From positions 1,984,001 through 2,048,000 of the forward strand of contig CM022679.1 of assembly GCA_012295275.1 (NCBI GenBank): a DNA stretch of 64,000 nt, given 5' to 3'. Shown here piece by piece: positions 24,621-38,769 of this stretch (positions within the stretch are counted from its first letter, which is position 1; each line of letters opens with the position of its first letter). The stretch is from Chrysomallon squamiferum (lineage: Eukaryota; Animalia; Mollusca). The position numbers and the translations under genes are program-made. The notes beneath the pieces were generated by a model. The model made no database searches. It saw only the letters and a list, made by a program, of their open reading frames with translations, and had not been told where the DNA came from.

Positions 24621-27600
24621 CCGTTGTAAGTTGATTTGACTAAACATAAAGACACTAGTAAACAGACAGTCTTAATTATACGCCAATATTAATACACTAA
24701 TGTGCTTGTTGTTTATTAGACAATGCGCTAATATTTTGTACCTTCACCATAAAAATGTTCAATGAATTTTGCACTTATTTATCCAGGTAACTTAAAGTAT
24801 AATTACGTTCTTGCATATCAGTAATTTGCATATTAGTCGCACAACATTCTAACAACTGCTCCAAGCGTTTATTTTTATAAGTCTTTATAAATACATTCCT
24901 GATGTTTATTAATATACTTAATATAGTTAATAGGATTTAAGGCCCGATTGATTGGTGATATTATTACATGCATCACTGAAACTCTGAATGCGTTCCTTTG
25001 TGACGGAAGCCAGCAACTGATGTGGTTTGCATATTTTCCATGACCTCAACTTACACAGCAGTGAACTGCCATTGTTAAAATATTTGCTTGGCTGATACAA
25101 GCAACTGAACATAAATTAATAAAATAGACCAAAAAACAAATATATATATATATATATACTATACTAGCCAGTATTATGATTATTACACTCTTATTACATA
25201 TGTAATTATTTTGCACAAAAGTTTCAAGCAATTGCTTTTTAATAAATATGTTATTTATAAATATGTGATAAATAATTTATCAGATGTTGAAATATAAAGT
25301 AATTCTAGAGTATAGGATAACAATAATATTTAATTCTTGTCATCACTGTAATTCTGTCTGAAACAGTAGTTATTAAGCTTTAATTATTATAATAATAATC
25401 ACTTTAATAATTATTTTATTTTCATTAACTTTTTTAAGAACTCTATAAATAATTTTGAAGGTTGGTACCATCTAAATTGATACTTGTCACAGACCTGCAA
25501 TGGATTATGTACACACACAGATAATGGTGAACCCTTGTGCTTATTGATATGTGTACAAACATATTACTGATAGGTATGAATTGCTGGAAAATGATTAACA
25601 TGCTATTATGCAACAGTATATAGATAGATAGATTGATATTGACATACCAAACCTGAAGTAAAATTAGTCAGACAGGAAATAAACAACCAAACATCACACC
25701 TTAATCATTGACACAGACACATAATAATAATTACTATAGCTTACCTTATCTGAAGTAAAGTGGCAGAACAAATAGCTGCCTCTCATATATTGTGCTGTTA
25801 AATCCAAAATGAGGTCAAATTCATATTATAATACTCTTACAGTTGATTACAGCTACAGTTCAGGTCAGTGACCAGCTTCAAAGAAAATAGGTCAAAACAG
25901 TAAAAGGTGGAGATTACAGTGCACTATTAATAGATTCATACAGAAATGTATCAGTCATAATTTTTAATTATGTTTATTTATATTAGTCTTCATCAGGTTA
26001 ATTCAATCAATGCACAGTTAGTTTGATGAAAATAAAATGGTTAAAAAATAAACTTATCACATAAACTTGACATATAAGCCTACTTCTAAGTAATATTTAC
26101 TGATGTCTAGACTTTTATAAGAATAAAGTTTGAAAATAAAATAGTATGGTTATGAGAAAGACATTACATACATAGAAAAGTAAAAATATCCCAATAATTA
26201 TTTTCTTTTCAGAGAGTGAAAAAAAAAGTTGGATGAAACTAAACATTACTCTGTTTTCAATGATGAATTTATTACTATTATTATATTTATCTTATTTTCA
26301 GAAGTTTAACAGTTGAAACCAACAAAAACTGGAAGGGAAATGCCATTTAGTAAATTAATTGATTCATCATGGACTCGAGAAGTTCAATGTTTGCATACTG
26401 TGCGACAAGCCTGGCGTTCACGATGTTGTCAAGCACATTCACATTTTACTATGTGAAAGTGTTTCTGAACCAGTACCACATTGACGAGAAATGGTTTCAC
26501 TTTGCTCAGATTCTCTACCTTGTCTGGAACGCCATCAACGACCCACTGTTTGCTTACTGCCAGGATACCTACCAGTCAAAATTCACTCAAACCCGCAGAC
26601 ACAGCATCCTGTACACAGCTCCGCTCTTTTCCATCTCCTATCTTCTAGCTTGGTTTCCATGGAAATCGGAAGGGATCGTCACTGGCTTGCACCTAATCCT
26701 GTCTCTGTGTCTTTATGACACAATGTTTACTTTCATTGGTTTGGCCATGTGTTGTCTGTTCACAGAAATTGCTATAAGTCAGAGAGATCGAGTTTTGTTG
26801 GTGCGTTACTCTCACATTGCAAGTCTTCCAGGGTCTTTCAGCGTCTCTTTGTGTGAATACTTCTCTGACAGTCTGAGAAACTACCAGGGTTTCCAGGTGG
26901 TGACTGTGGCCATTGCAGTTGTGTCATGTTCATTGATGATCTGGACTGGACTGTATGCTCACACACATTACGACATTCAAAAGATGGAAAAGAATGACAG
27001 AGAGATTGAAGTTCAGCATGAAAAAGCAAAATCCTCCATATTAAAATTGACTTGGAATATTCTGTCAAATCGAAACTTTCTTTCTTTTGTTATCACAAAC
27101 TTTTGTCAAGAATTCCACAGATCTTTTTTATTCAGCTTTATTGCCATTATTTCTGATCAGCTCATTTCTGAAACTGAGGTTCCACTACACATCAGAAGTA
27201 CCTTTTATGGATCTCTTAATATAGTGTCATCGGTAAGATATTTTGTTAGAAGTACTACATTTACTATGTAGTAGCCATAAATCTATATATCACTAATATG
27301 TTGTGTGTGTGTGTGTCTGTGAGAGAGAGAGAGAGAGAGAGTTTTATTTTTAATTCCAGTCAAAGAAGGCTTGTGAGTAGATTAGATGAGTAATTCTAAC
27401 AAATTTGACTGGAAGTGAATCCTATTAAAATATGTGATTATTTATCAGAATAAACTGTAATTATCATTTAATATTATGTCCAACAAACCAAAAACACAAA
27501 TATTTTATATAGTTACGATACTTGAAAAATGTACTGAAAGCCATGTCACTCCAGTCCCAAGCTCACCACATAAATGGTCACGTGCCAGTATTAACATTTG

Positions 27601-29744
27601 TACATTCTGTGTATTATTTTAAAATGTATTTCTTACATCATATCTTTAAGTTATGATATATTTATAACACAATATGTTGTTGTTGTTTTTTTACAGGTGG
27701 TTGTGATTTTTGTGTCAACAACTCTAGTTAGAAGATTTGGATATTTCACTGTTATTCGATCAAATTTTTACTGGAAAATTTGCTCCAGTCTCTGTATTCT
27801 GTGTGTCGGGAAAAACCATCCATGGATTCTCATGATTTATTTTCTTATTGAGAGGTAAGAAGATTATGTACATTTGTTTTTCAAATCAAACATTGAAATA
27901 AAATACATATAAATTCATTAACATTTTGATAAACTATTTGTGAATTAGTCTGATTAAAAATAAATATGTAAATAAATAAATAAATGAATGAATAATAATA
28001 TGATGATGATGATGATTAAATCATTGTATTTGCTATTTAATTGTTAAAAAATTACATGTATTTGGAGTGTAAAACTTGCTTATGTTTTCTAATTACCATT
28101 ATTATTATTATTATTATTATTATTAATCATTTATTGTTATTATTACTATATTATTATTATATATTTTACTTTATTTATTATTAGTAATTATTATTATTAT
28201 TATTAAAAATCAAATAATTTTGTTAGTGCTGTATATTCAGGTTGTTGAAGTAACATATTTATTTTTATTAAATTATCTCAGACATTACCTATAATTACTT
28301 TAAGCACAACAAATAAACATTTATTATTTTATTTTTCAGTGCGTTCACAAACAGCACATTTTCTCTGTTTAACATGCCACTGTCTGACGTTGTTGATGCT
28401 GACATGGCAAAACACAATCGTGCGTAAGTAACCTTTACGTTTATAACTGAAATAGATTTTTTTAATGTGAAATATATATAGCTGCATCAGTGTAAATAGT
28501 TTGTGAACTTTTGAACATAATAGTTTCTATAAATTAATTATATATCTAGAATTTTAAATGACAAAAGCATTTATATTATAATATATTATTGAAAACCAAA
28601 AATAGTATATAAAACAATAGAAAAAAAAACTTATTTGTAAGAAATGTTATTAAAAACCATAAATAACATCAATAAATAGCAAATGAACAGCTTTGGTTTT
28701 GTTGCTCGCTTTTATTTTTTAATAACACATAAAAAAAAAACATTCACTGGAGAAAAAGTATTTTGTAATACTAATAATTTATACATTAATCCAAATCCAT
28801 TTTTAGAAAAAATCCACAATATTAAGAACATTTATATATAAATCATAAAACCTAAAATCAATTTTAAATTTCTTTAAATTTCTACAAAAAGAAAAAAAAT
28901 CATTAGACAAAATATATTTTAAATCATAATAAATATATACATCAAAATCATTTTTATAAAAAAGTAAATACCTTTTATATATATATATATAAATCATAAA
29001 AACTAATATCATATTTCTAATACCTATTTAGACACCCACTTACATCAATGGTGTTTGGTACAAACGCTCTCGTCGTTAAACCAGCTCAGTCACTCTGTCC
29101 TATGATGGTTGTGGCCATAATCAACCGCTTTGGTTACGAGGATTTCCGCAAGAAGACTATCAGCTCTAGCCAACTGGAGGAGCTGAAGGATGGGATGTTT
29201 CTAATAGTGTGGTGTCTGCCGCTTGTTATTGGAATAATTCAGTTAGTATCGTGGTCTTTCTATACACTCAGAAACCAGTTTCAGACGACTGATGTTGTCA
29301 GTGTTGAAACGTAAACATTCTTCTGTAAACTGAATTTAATCAACTAAGTAGCTTTATAAAGTACTCCACTATAGTAAAATGCAGTTCAGTTGAACATTAT
29401 AACTTTTTTGTTTGTTAAGTATACACTTTCTGTACAGCTGAGATATTTGTTTGTGACTGTGTTTATGTATATACTTGTATGCGTGTATCACATATTATTG
29501 TTGATTTTTTATTTGGTTTTTCCTGATTTGTTTGGAGGTTTTTTTCCCCCAAAAAAGCATAAACCTAGGTTTTAATATAGAAAGGTGCTAAATTTACTTA
29601 TTATTTATTTATTATATTGATGATTATTGCAAGATTTTGCATTAATTTCTGAAGAATATATTAAATTTGAGACTAATCTAACCATTCCATTGCCTTGATA
29701 CCTATATTGAGACATTTACTATATACACACATACACACAAGCAT

Positions 29745-29786
<42 letters not shown>

Positions 29787-32700
29787 TTTTATATACATAT
29801 ATATAATCAATAAACATGTGACCTCAGATTTAATGAGTTGTCATTTTGGATATTTGTACTTTTAGTATTATAAAAAAAAATAATAAATAATAATAATAAT
29901 AATTGAATTACTAGTACTACAAATAATATTTATTTTTTTTAAATATGTTTTTGTAATTAAAATTTTACACAACATATGTACAGTAAAAAAATTCGAATAA
30001 TTTTACTTCATAACATTTACTGGGTACCAGTGATGTTGTTTGGGTTGTTTTTTTTTTTTTTTTTTTTTTTTTTTATTTTTAAGGATTATAGTATTAATTG
30101 GGGTAATCTGTTATATTTTTTAAATGTTTATACATTTTTATGGGTTATTTTAGACAAGGAAGTGTTTAGAATTGTTTTTTTTGTTTTTTTTTTATCTTTT
30201 GTTTTACAAAAATACTTGTTCATTGTTATTATTTAAGATTTATACAGCAAACTGTTTTAGGTATTTATATTTCACTGAAACATTTAATTTATTTTTATTA
30301 TTATTTAAAATTAATGACTGAGTTTTGTTAATGTTATAGTGATGGGTTTCTTTATTTGTTCAGTTTTGTTAATGAAACCACAGAAAACATTTAGTAATTT
30401 GATATTTCTGAGATTTGATCAAGTTTGTTTTATTTAATCACAATAGATTCAGAAAAGCTTATTCAAATTGAAAAGCTTAGAAATTTCAAACGTTTTCCCT
30501 GCGACAGAAATAATGCTATCTTACAGTTTTAACATTGTTTTGCATGCATAAACTTCATTTTATGTATAAAATTATTTAATTTGTTATATAAAAATCCTGC
30601 ATCCGATTTTTATGAGACCTTTATAAAATATAAATAGAATTCATATTCAGACTTCGATCTTATTCTCAGGCTCTCTCCATATATTCCAAAAAAACCAAAG
30701 TTCGGGAATCCAAAGCATTAACTGACCCAGGCATTTCAGATGAGGGATTCTATTCACCTGCTAGCTAGTGTCAGCCATTTTGTAATTTTAATTTAGTTAC
30801 TTTAATCTTACAGGATTTAGTTTGAATTCCAGAGATTATTTATGTAGAATAAATATAATTAGTTAAGTTTAGTATGTATATTCAGATATTAATTGAATCA
30901 ACTATATATATTATTATTACTTTTTTTTATTATTATTATTGTTATTATTTTAATTTTTATTATGTTGTTATTGCATTCATGTTATTTTTTGTTTTTCACC
31001 AACTCAGTATTTTAAATTTATTTTCTGTAATTTGTTTTAATTTAATAGACATTGCAGTAATTAAATTTAATTTAGGTCATGTTTGTCTCATGATAGGTTA
31101 TTTAAAAGTAAACTTGTTTTTGTTGTTTTTTTCTTTTTTATAACAATGATGTGATTTTCATTTGATATGTTAATGTTAATTCTTGGTCATAATGTTTTGG
31201 GGTTATTAATTGCAAATATGATGGCTTTTTTTGTTGTTGTTGTCACTGGGTTTTTTTTCTATAGTATACATTGTTTCTGACATTTTAGTTGGTTCTCAGA
31301 TTTTACTGCTTTTGTTGAGTTTTTTATAAAAATATTTATCATTATATCCTAACATACAGGTTTATAGGTAGATGTAATGTTTTGACAGGTGTGTAGATGC
31401 ACAAAATTAATGTAACATACTGTTTGTAATTATTTATCTATATATACACTAACATATATTTCATAATATTTAATTTAATTTTGTTATCTTCCCCACATTA
31501 GTTTCCATTATTGTTGGGCAGTGGTTTTTATTATAAGGTTCTGATCCAGGTTACATGGGAGGGTCTTCAATCCAAACCACAAGAGGTTTTCTAGTGTCTA
31601 AAATGTGAATATAAATATGTTTTAATGAAAACATATACAGGTAAATACAATGAATATGATGAGTTCACCTCTGCTGTGATCTCTATATAAATGCATATAA
31701 AAATGTTACTTTTGTTCAGAGATAGTTAACTATTTTAAAAATGTATTTTTAAACAAGAGACTATTATTTGTAAAGTATAATAATAATTAAAAAAACAAAC
31801 CCAACAGCATCATCGCAGGTTTTCTTTATTGTCATCATAATCTGTTGTTGGCAAAGAACAATCTTTTACAAATATACAAATAGTATTAATCTGTTTATTT
31901 TAAATTTCAGTTTATATTTAATGCTAAGGTCTTTCAAGATAATTTATTTTCAAGTTGTATATAAAAGAAACATATTTAACTAATATTTTTTATATAAATA
32001 TGTAATACATTAAATCTATTGGGGATATCTGTGGTCTGTATAAGAGGGTAATTTGTATGTTTTATGAGTTTGTAATATGCTGGGTTTACTCCAGTTATTA
32101 CAAAAATAAAAATATGAACATAAAATGTATTTTAATTATAAAACCACACACATTTATGACAACCAAAAGTATTTTTAGAAGCACAAGTTGATTAAGAAAA
32201 ATGTTAATGAAAATACAAGTGTTTAAATGAATACATCAGGGAAAAATAAATCTGTAGAAATTGTCATTTTGACTTTAAATAGAAATCATGTTTTAAACAG
32301 CAGAAAGATTTATTTTTTATGATGAATTTTTTTTAGTTAATAATTCTAGTAGAAGACACGGTTAGATTTCTGTAACAGATTGTCAGACATTAATTGTGTA
32401 CATTTTATATATGCTTTACAAAATCTGTTAATTAACATCCATAGTATATGTTGTTTATTTTGTATTAACTAGAAATTGGTTTCTGGGTCTTTCGGTCAAG
32501 TAGTATTCATTTCAAGTTATTTTTTGTTTAATAACATGCATAGAAAATGTATATTTCTTATTTCTAATGGTTTACTGTATTTGTGTCATGAAATTAAAAA
32601 AATATTTTTATAATCAGTAAATTCATTTTTTAACGGTGCTATTTCTTCTCATAATTATTTTTGTTAAATATTACACAAATTTCTTTAAAAATAAAACAAA

Positions 32701-34934
32701 ATGGATATTTTTAATATTTAATCATTTTATAAACCTTTTTATGCAAAAAGTTTATTTTTATATTTTTTGTTTAATTGCTAATCAGATTTATATTATATAA
32801 AAATAAATTATAGTAATCTAGAATCAGATGAACTCAAATATTTTTAATGTACTACTGTTTTAGATTTTGAGAATTTATACATTTAAATGCTCCATTTAGT
32901 AACATTTAAAATCATCACAATGTTTTTGTGCCTAAATAATGCAAAACAAAATGTAGAATACAAATTCATTTAGATTTTAGGTTTCATATCGGCATTATGA
33001 CCGTTTATTGATACAAGTTTGTATTTTTTTTATTTCCATAACTCTTTACATTTTTCTACACATTCCAAATGCAAAGATGGTGTATTAAAACAATTTTAAA
33101 CTTTCATTCAGAAATTATATTTGTATTTAATAACAAATGGTTTTAACTTTGTACCTAAATATACAAAGCAGCAAACAACAAGAGAAACTGCCATTTTTAC
33201 AATCATGAATAATATACCAAAGCATGTATTAAGAGCCATTTCGATGCATAAAATTATTCTTAAATAATAATATTAGGAAACTTCTTTTGTCAGCAGCAAG
33301 TTATCTCTTATAGACAATAAAATAAACATCCCCACATTTGTTAAATCGGATAATCACTAGTGTATTTCAAAGAACAAACTATTTTCAATTTAGCTGTACA
33401 CACAATACTGACCACTAGATGGACAGAAAAAAAAAATGTACAGTTTTATTAAGCAAAGTTCACTCAAAGTTTCTTTTAGATTAACACAATCTACAATATC
33501 TTGTTTGTATTTACATAATTTAAATTTGCAGTAGTATGGCTTGATGTCACTGAACATAATTCAGTATTTTAAGCCAGAGAATATATTTATACTTGCACAA
33601 GATTGATTCCTGGGTAATTTACATAAAATTAGATATAAATTAAAATTTCCTTCAACCAACAAGATTTTGAAAACTTGTGTAGATGGAGGTTTCTGTTTCA
33701 TATGCATTTTTATGTATTATTTATGCAATGGGATAAGTAAAATAAAATTGAATAAAACTTGTTTTTACTTGTTTTGTATCAAACCTCCATGAAGTAGGAA
33801 TCTGAGTTTTTACTTTCTTTTTTTCTTTTTTTACTTTTTATGTTATTAAAACATTTCTAGTACATATAGTTTGTTTCTACTCTGTTTTTATGTAGTATGT
33901 TAATCTGCATCTGTCATATTGTTTTATTTACCATAAATTCAGCCTACTACAACATTAATTAGCACATCAGTTACAGTGATTATTTATGTTAAAACAACTA
34001 TTATTAATTCTAGAAATATCTCACTCTTTGTTTACTGGATTCTGCTGTAAATTGTGCTACTGTTCTTAATGTCATACTTGTAGTGCACTTTCATTCACAA
34101 ACTCTGAAACGTCCACTGAAAACAAACACACAGTTTCACAAGTAAAAGTTTTATTTTTTATGCAGCCAGGTCCAGATACAAGCTCAGAAAATACATCATT
34201 TGAAATCAGTAAACATATATACATGCAATTTGTTGTTTTGCACATTGTGACAAAACAGAAGTGGCAGTGAGAATTTAAATCTGATATACACTGAGTCTCA
34301 ACAATAATGAAGTACTTTGTTAACAATGTGTTCCTAACTTCCTTGCAGGGTAATAAATAAATTGTTATAAAATCTGAAATGATTTTAAGTAAATAATATT
34401 TCTTCATTTTTTGGGGTGATTCAGCAAATTATAAACTGAAAATAAGGCTTATAATCCTTCTTACTATAAATTTGAAGAAAATAAATTTAGCCACTATATG
34501 TTTACAAAATTAACAAAAATACCAGACAAGAACATCAAGATTTTCATGGTAATTTAAAGTAAAAAAATGTAAAAATTTTCATTTCTGTATTATGTTTTAT
34601 AAAGATGGTAAATTGAATGTAGATAAAAAGTCTACACAGGACCAACCCTAAAATAAAGGCTATAATCAATAAATTATGTAGGTCTGTAATTTAATCTCTT
34701 TTTATTTTCAAAGTTAGCTTTATTTAACATGATTAATATTTAGACACAAATATGGCACTGTACAATCTATTAAAGATAATAATTTTTGAAAAAAACCTGT
34801 ATAAAATGTTTATTATGTTTAACAGAACTATGAAGTGAAAATGTTTCATTTTATTACTATTATTATATATATACTTTTTTTATACACCAGTTACCTAATT
34901 AGCATTTCAGATACAATTCAGTCATAGATGAATA
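24150..34934 (+). repeat. Tandem segmental duplication, unit A
   Basis: Colinear homology with 35075-44836: promoter (24150-24580 vs 35075-35440), MFSD13A exons, and downstream blocks (e.g. 34021-34187 vs 43571-43738; 34881-34934 vs 44783-44836). Confidence 0.9.
26369..29314 (+). CDS. MFSD13A: MFS transporter MFSD13A/TMEM180-like, copy 1 (462 aa)
   Basis: Exons 26369-27232, 27697-27854, 28340-28423, 29032-29314 (1389 nt, in frame). Motifs YYVKVF...WNAINDPLF, LCLYD, VDAD, FGTNALVVKPAQSLCP, QLVSWSFYTL match TMEM180-family MFS_2 proteins. Many hydrophobic helices. Confidence 0.88.
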
Positions 34935-35511
34935 TTCTGATTATTGTTACTTGTCAGTATTTGTTTCAATATTATCTTTTTTATGACTATATAAAAAGTA
35001 GTTGGAAATTATTGTACGATTGTGTAAAAAGTAATTAGAAATAACTGTATGACTATGTAAAAGTACTTAGAAATACAAAATGCTAAAATGGAATAGAAAT
35101 TGTCTGAAATATGTTCCTATTTTTTAACTTCCATTCACTGAAAACCAAATACGAAAGAAATTACCTTCACGACCAGATTCAACAAAACGGAAAATACCCG
35201 GAAATTGTCGACAAAGATAGATAACTCGGATATGGAAGCTGTCAAATAATATACGAAACAACAGATGCCATAATATCGTTACACATAATTTCAACTTGGT
35301 AAACTATTTTACTAACAAATTAAAACTAAAGCATTATTACACGGAAAATCTGAACGTGGACTTACATGACAGGATCTTCCCATGTAGATCTAGTAATAAG
35401 TTGTGTTTGTGTTGTGAATTTGTTTTGGTGGGAAAAGTACTCCTCATTTTCAGAAGTTTAACAGTTGAAACCAAAAAAATTGGAAGAGAAATGCCATTTA
35501 GTAAATTCATC

Positions 35512-38500
35512 ATGGACTCAAGAAGTTCAATGTTTGCATACTGTGCAACAAGCCTGGCGTTCACGATGCTGTCCAGCACATTCACATTTTACTATGTGAA
35601 AGTGTTTCTGAACCTGTACCACATTGACGAGAAATGGTTTCACTTTGCTCAGATTCTCTACCTTGTCTGGAACGCCATCAACGACCCACTGTTTGCTTAC
35701 TGCCAGGATACCTACCAGTCAAAATTCACTCAAACCCGCAGACACAGCATCCTGTACACAGCTCCGCTCTTTTCCATCTCCTATCTTCTAGCTTGGTTTC
35801 CATGGAAATCGGAAGGGATCGTCACTGGCTTGCACCTAATCCTGTCTCTGTGTCTTTATGACACAATGTTTACTTTCATTGGTTTGGCCTTATGTTGTTT
35901 GTTCACAGAAATTGCTGTAAGTCAGAGAGATCGAGTTTTGTTGGTGCGTTACTCTCACATTGCAAGTCTTCCAGGGTCTTTCAGCGTCTCTTTGTGTGAA
36001 TACTTCTCTGACAGTCTGAGAAACTACCAGGGTTTCCAGGTGGTGACTGTGGCCATTGCAGTTGTGTCATGTTCATTGATGATCTGGACTGGACTGTATG
36101 CTCACACACATTACGACATTCAAAAGATGGAAAAGAATGACAGAGAAGTTGAAGTTCAGCATGAAAAAGCAAAATCCTCCATATTAAAATTGACTTGGAA
36201 TATTCTGTCAAATCGAAACTTTCTTTCTTTTGTTATCACAAACTTTTGTCAAGAATTCCAGAAATCTTTTTTGTTCAGCTTCTTAGCCATTATTTGTGAT
36301 CAGCTCATTTCTGAAAGTGAGGTTCCGCTATATATCAGAAGTACCTTTTATGGATCTCTTAATATAGTGTCATCGGTAAGATATTTTGTTAGAAGTACTA
36401 CATTTTCTATGCAGTAGCCATAAATCTGTGTGTGTATGTTTACACATATACATAATTTTACTTTTAATTGCAATCAAAATAGGTCTGTTAGCAGATTTAA
36501 TTAGCAATGTGTGCAAATTAGACTCTGAAATATTGGGATTCCATCAAAACTGGTAGTGGAAACCAATTTTATAATATGGAAGATCTATTCAAAACATAAT
36601 TAAAAGAAAACAAATTATTTATTTTTTTAATGAAATTCATTGGCTTTAAATAAAGTAGGTGTTTATTCTTTTGTAATTCATTCTTCTAACAAATTATATT
36701 TGTGTCACTGGAATGATTAACAGTTTTTATGTGAATATATAGTATTGTTTGCTTTATCTCAACATGTATGCAATCTTCATGTTACATTAACAACAATAGA
36801 ATATAAAACATATTAACAAAATGTTTCTAAATAGTACAATCTATGAGGTATATTAATAACATCTGTACAATCTTTATATCAATTAACAATATATTTCAGT
36901 ATAAACATCTTTACATTCTGTGTGTTAATTTATCAATGTATTTTTATGTGATCTATTTCAGTTATGATATATTAATAACACTGCATGTTGTTGTTTGTTT
37001 TTTTACAGGTGGTTGTGATTTTTGTGTCAACAACTCTAGTTAGAAGATTTGGATATTTCACTGTTATTCGATCAAATTTTTACTGGAAAATTTGCTCCAG
37101 TCTCTGTATTCTGTGTGTCGGGAAAAACCATCCATGGATTCTCATGATTTATTTTCTTATTGAGAGGTAAGAAGATTATGTACATTTGTTTTTCAAATCA
37201 AACATCAAAATGAAATTCATATAAATTGAATAACATTTTGAAAAAGAGTTTGTGAATTAGTCTGATTAAAAATAAATATGTAAATAAATAAATAAATGAT
37301 AATATGATAATGATAATGACTAATCATTGTATTTGCTATTTAATTGTTCAAAAATTATATGTATTTGGAATATAAATCTTATTTATATTTTCTAATTACA
37401 ATACTATTATTATTATTAATTAGTCTGATCAAAAATAAATAAATAATAATAATATGATGATGATGACTAATCATTATATTTGCTATTATTTTATATTTTT
37501 TATTTATTATTATTAAATATTATTAATAATTATTTATTATTATTGTTATGATTATTATACATTATTATTATTATTATTACTAAACACCAAATCATATTGT
37601 TACAGATGTATATTCAGGTTATTGAAGTAACATATTTATTTTAAAAAAATCATCTCTGATATTAAGTATAATTACTTTTAAATAAACATTTATTATTTTA
37701 TTTTTCAGTGCATTTACAAACAGCACATCTTCACTGTTTAACATGCCACTGTCTGACGTTGTTGACGCTGACATGGCAAAACACAATCGTGTGTAAGTAA
37801 CATTTACATTTATAACTGAAATAGATTTTTAACTTAATGTGAAGTGTATTTCATGTGTACATAATATAAATTAATATAAACTGAAAAATCTGCATCAATG
37901 TAAATAGTTGGTAAATATTTAAACATAATAGTTTCTATAAATTAATTATATACATTAGATTTTAAGTGACATAAACACTTTGTTATAAAATATTGAAAAC
38001 CCCAAAAGAACAAAAATTACCAAAATTAGAGTTTTAATGACAAAAAATGTTTATTAGAATAAAATAATATTGAAAACCAAAAATGGTACATATAAAATAT
38101 ACAAACAGACGACATAACCAAATTACGTCAATAAATAGCAAATGAAAAGCTTTGGTTTTATTTTTTAATAACACATTAAGTATACATAAATCAAAATCAA
38201 TTCAAAAAAAAAAAAAAAAAAACACAACATTAAATACATTGTATATAAATCATAAAATAAAAAATCGATTTTGAATTTCTTTATAAATTTTTAATACCCA
38301 TTTAGACACCCACTTACAGCAATGGTGTTTGGTACAAACGCTCTTGTGATTAAACCAGCTCAGTCACTCTGTCCTATGATGGTTGTAGCCATAATCAACC
38401 GCTTTGGTTATGAGGATTTCCGCAAGAAGACTATCAGCTCTAGCCAACTGGAGGAGCTGAAGGATGGGATGTTTCTAATAGTGTGGTGTCTGCCACTTGT

Positions 38501-38585
38501 TATTGGAATAATTCAGTTAGTATCGTGGTCTTTCTATACACTCAGAAACCAGTTTCAGACCACCGATGTGACTTTTAAAAGGTAA
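35512..38585 (+). CDS. MFSD13A: MFS transporter MFSD13A/TMEM180-like, copy 2 (in-frame upstream ATG at 35491 possible)
   Basis: Exons 35512-36375, 37009-37166, 37709-37792, 38306-38585. Intact frame and splice sites. Near-identical to copy 1 with about a dozen substitutions and a different C-terminus (TFKR vs VSVET). Confidence 0.87.
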
Positions 38586-38769
38586 ACATTTTTATGTAAA
38601 CTGAATTTAATCAGCTAAATAGCTTTATAAACTACTCCACTTTATAAAATGCAGTTCAGTTATGTTATAACTTTTCACAGCAGGTCTCATCATCATCATC
38701 TGAGAAATCACTGTCTTGTGTTAAAATATCTTTAGCTTTTGAATTTCTGATGTACTAAGCTGTGGTTCC

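Noticed and set aside
26491-27068. Alternate-frame and antisense ORFs within MFSD13A exon 1 (also 35634-36211)
   Set aside because: Shadow ORFs, shared between copies only because the DNA is nearly identical.
34072-34407. 111-aa minus-strand ORF
   Set aside because: No recognisable domain, and the paralogous region at 43620-44100 is broken by indels.
35296-35490. N-terminal extension of the 373-aa ORF
   Set aside because: It starts at TTG and derives from promoter/UTR sequence brought adjacent by a deletion. It has no counterpart in copy 1's protein.
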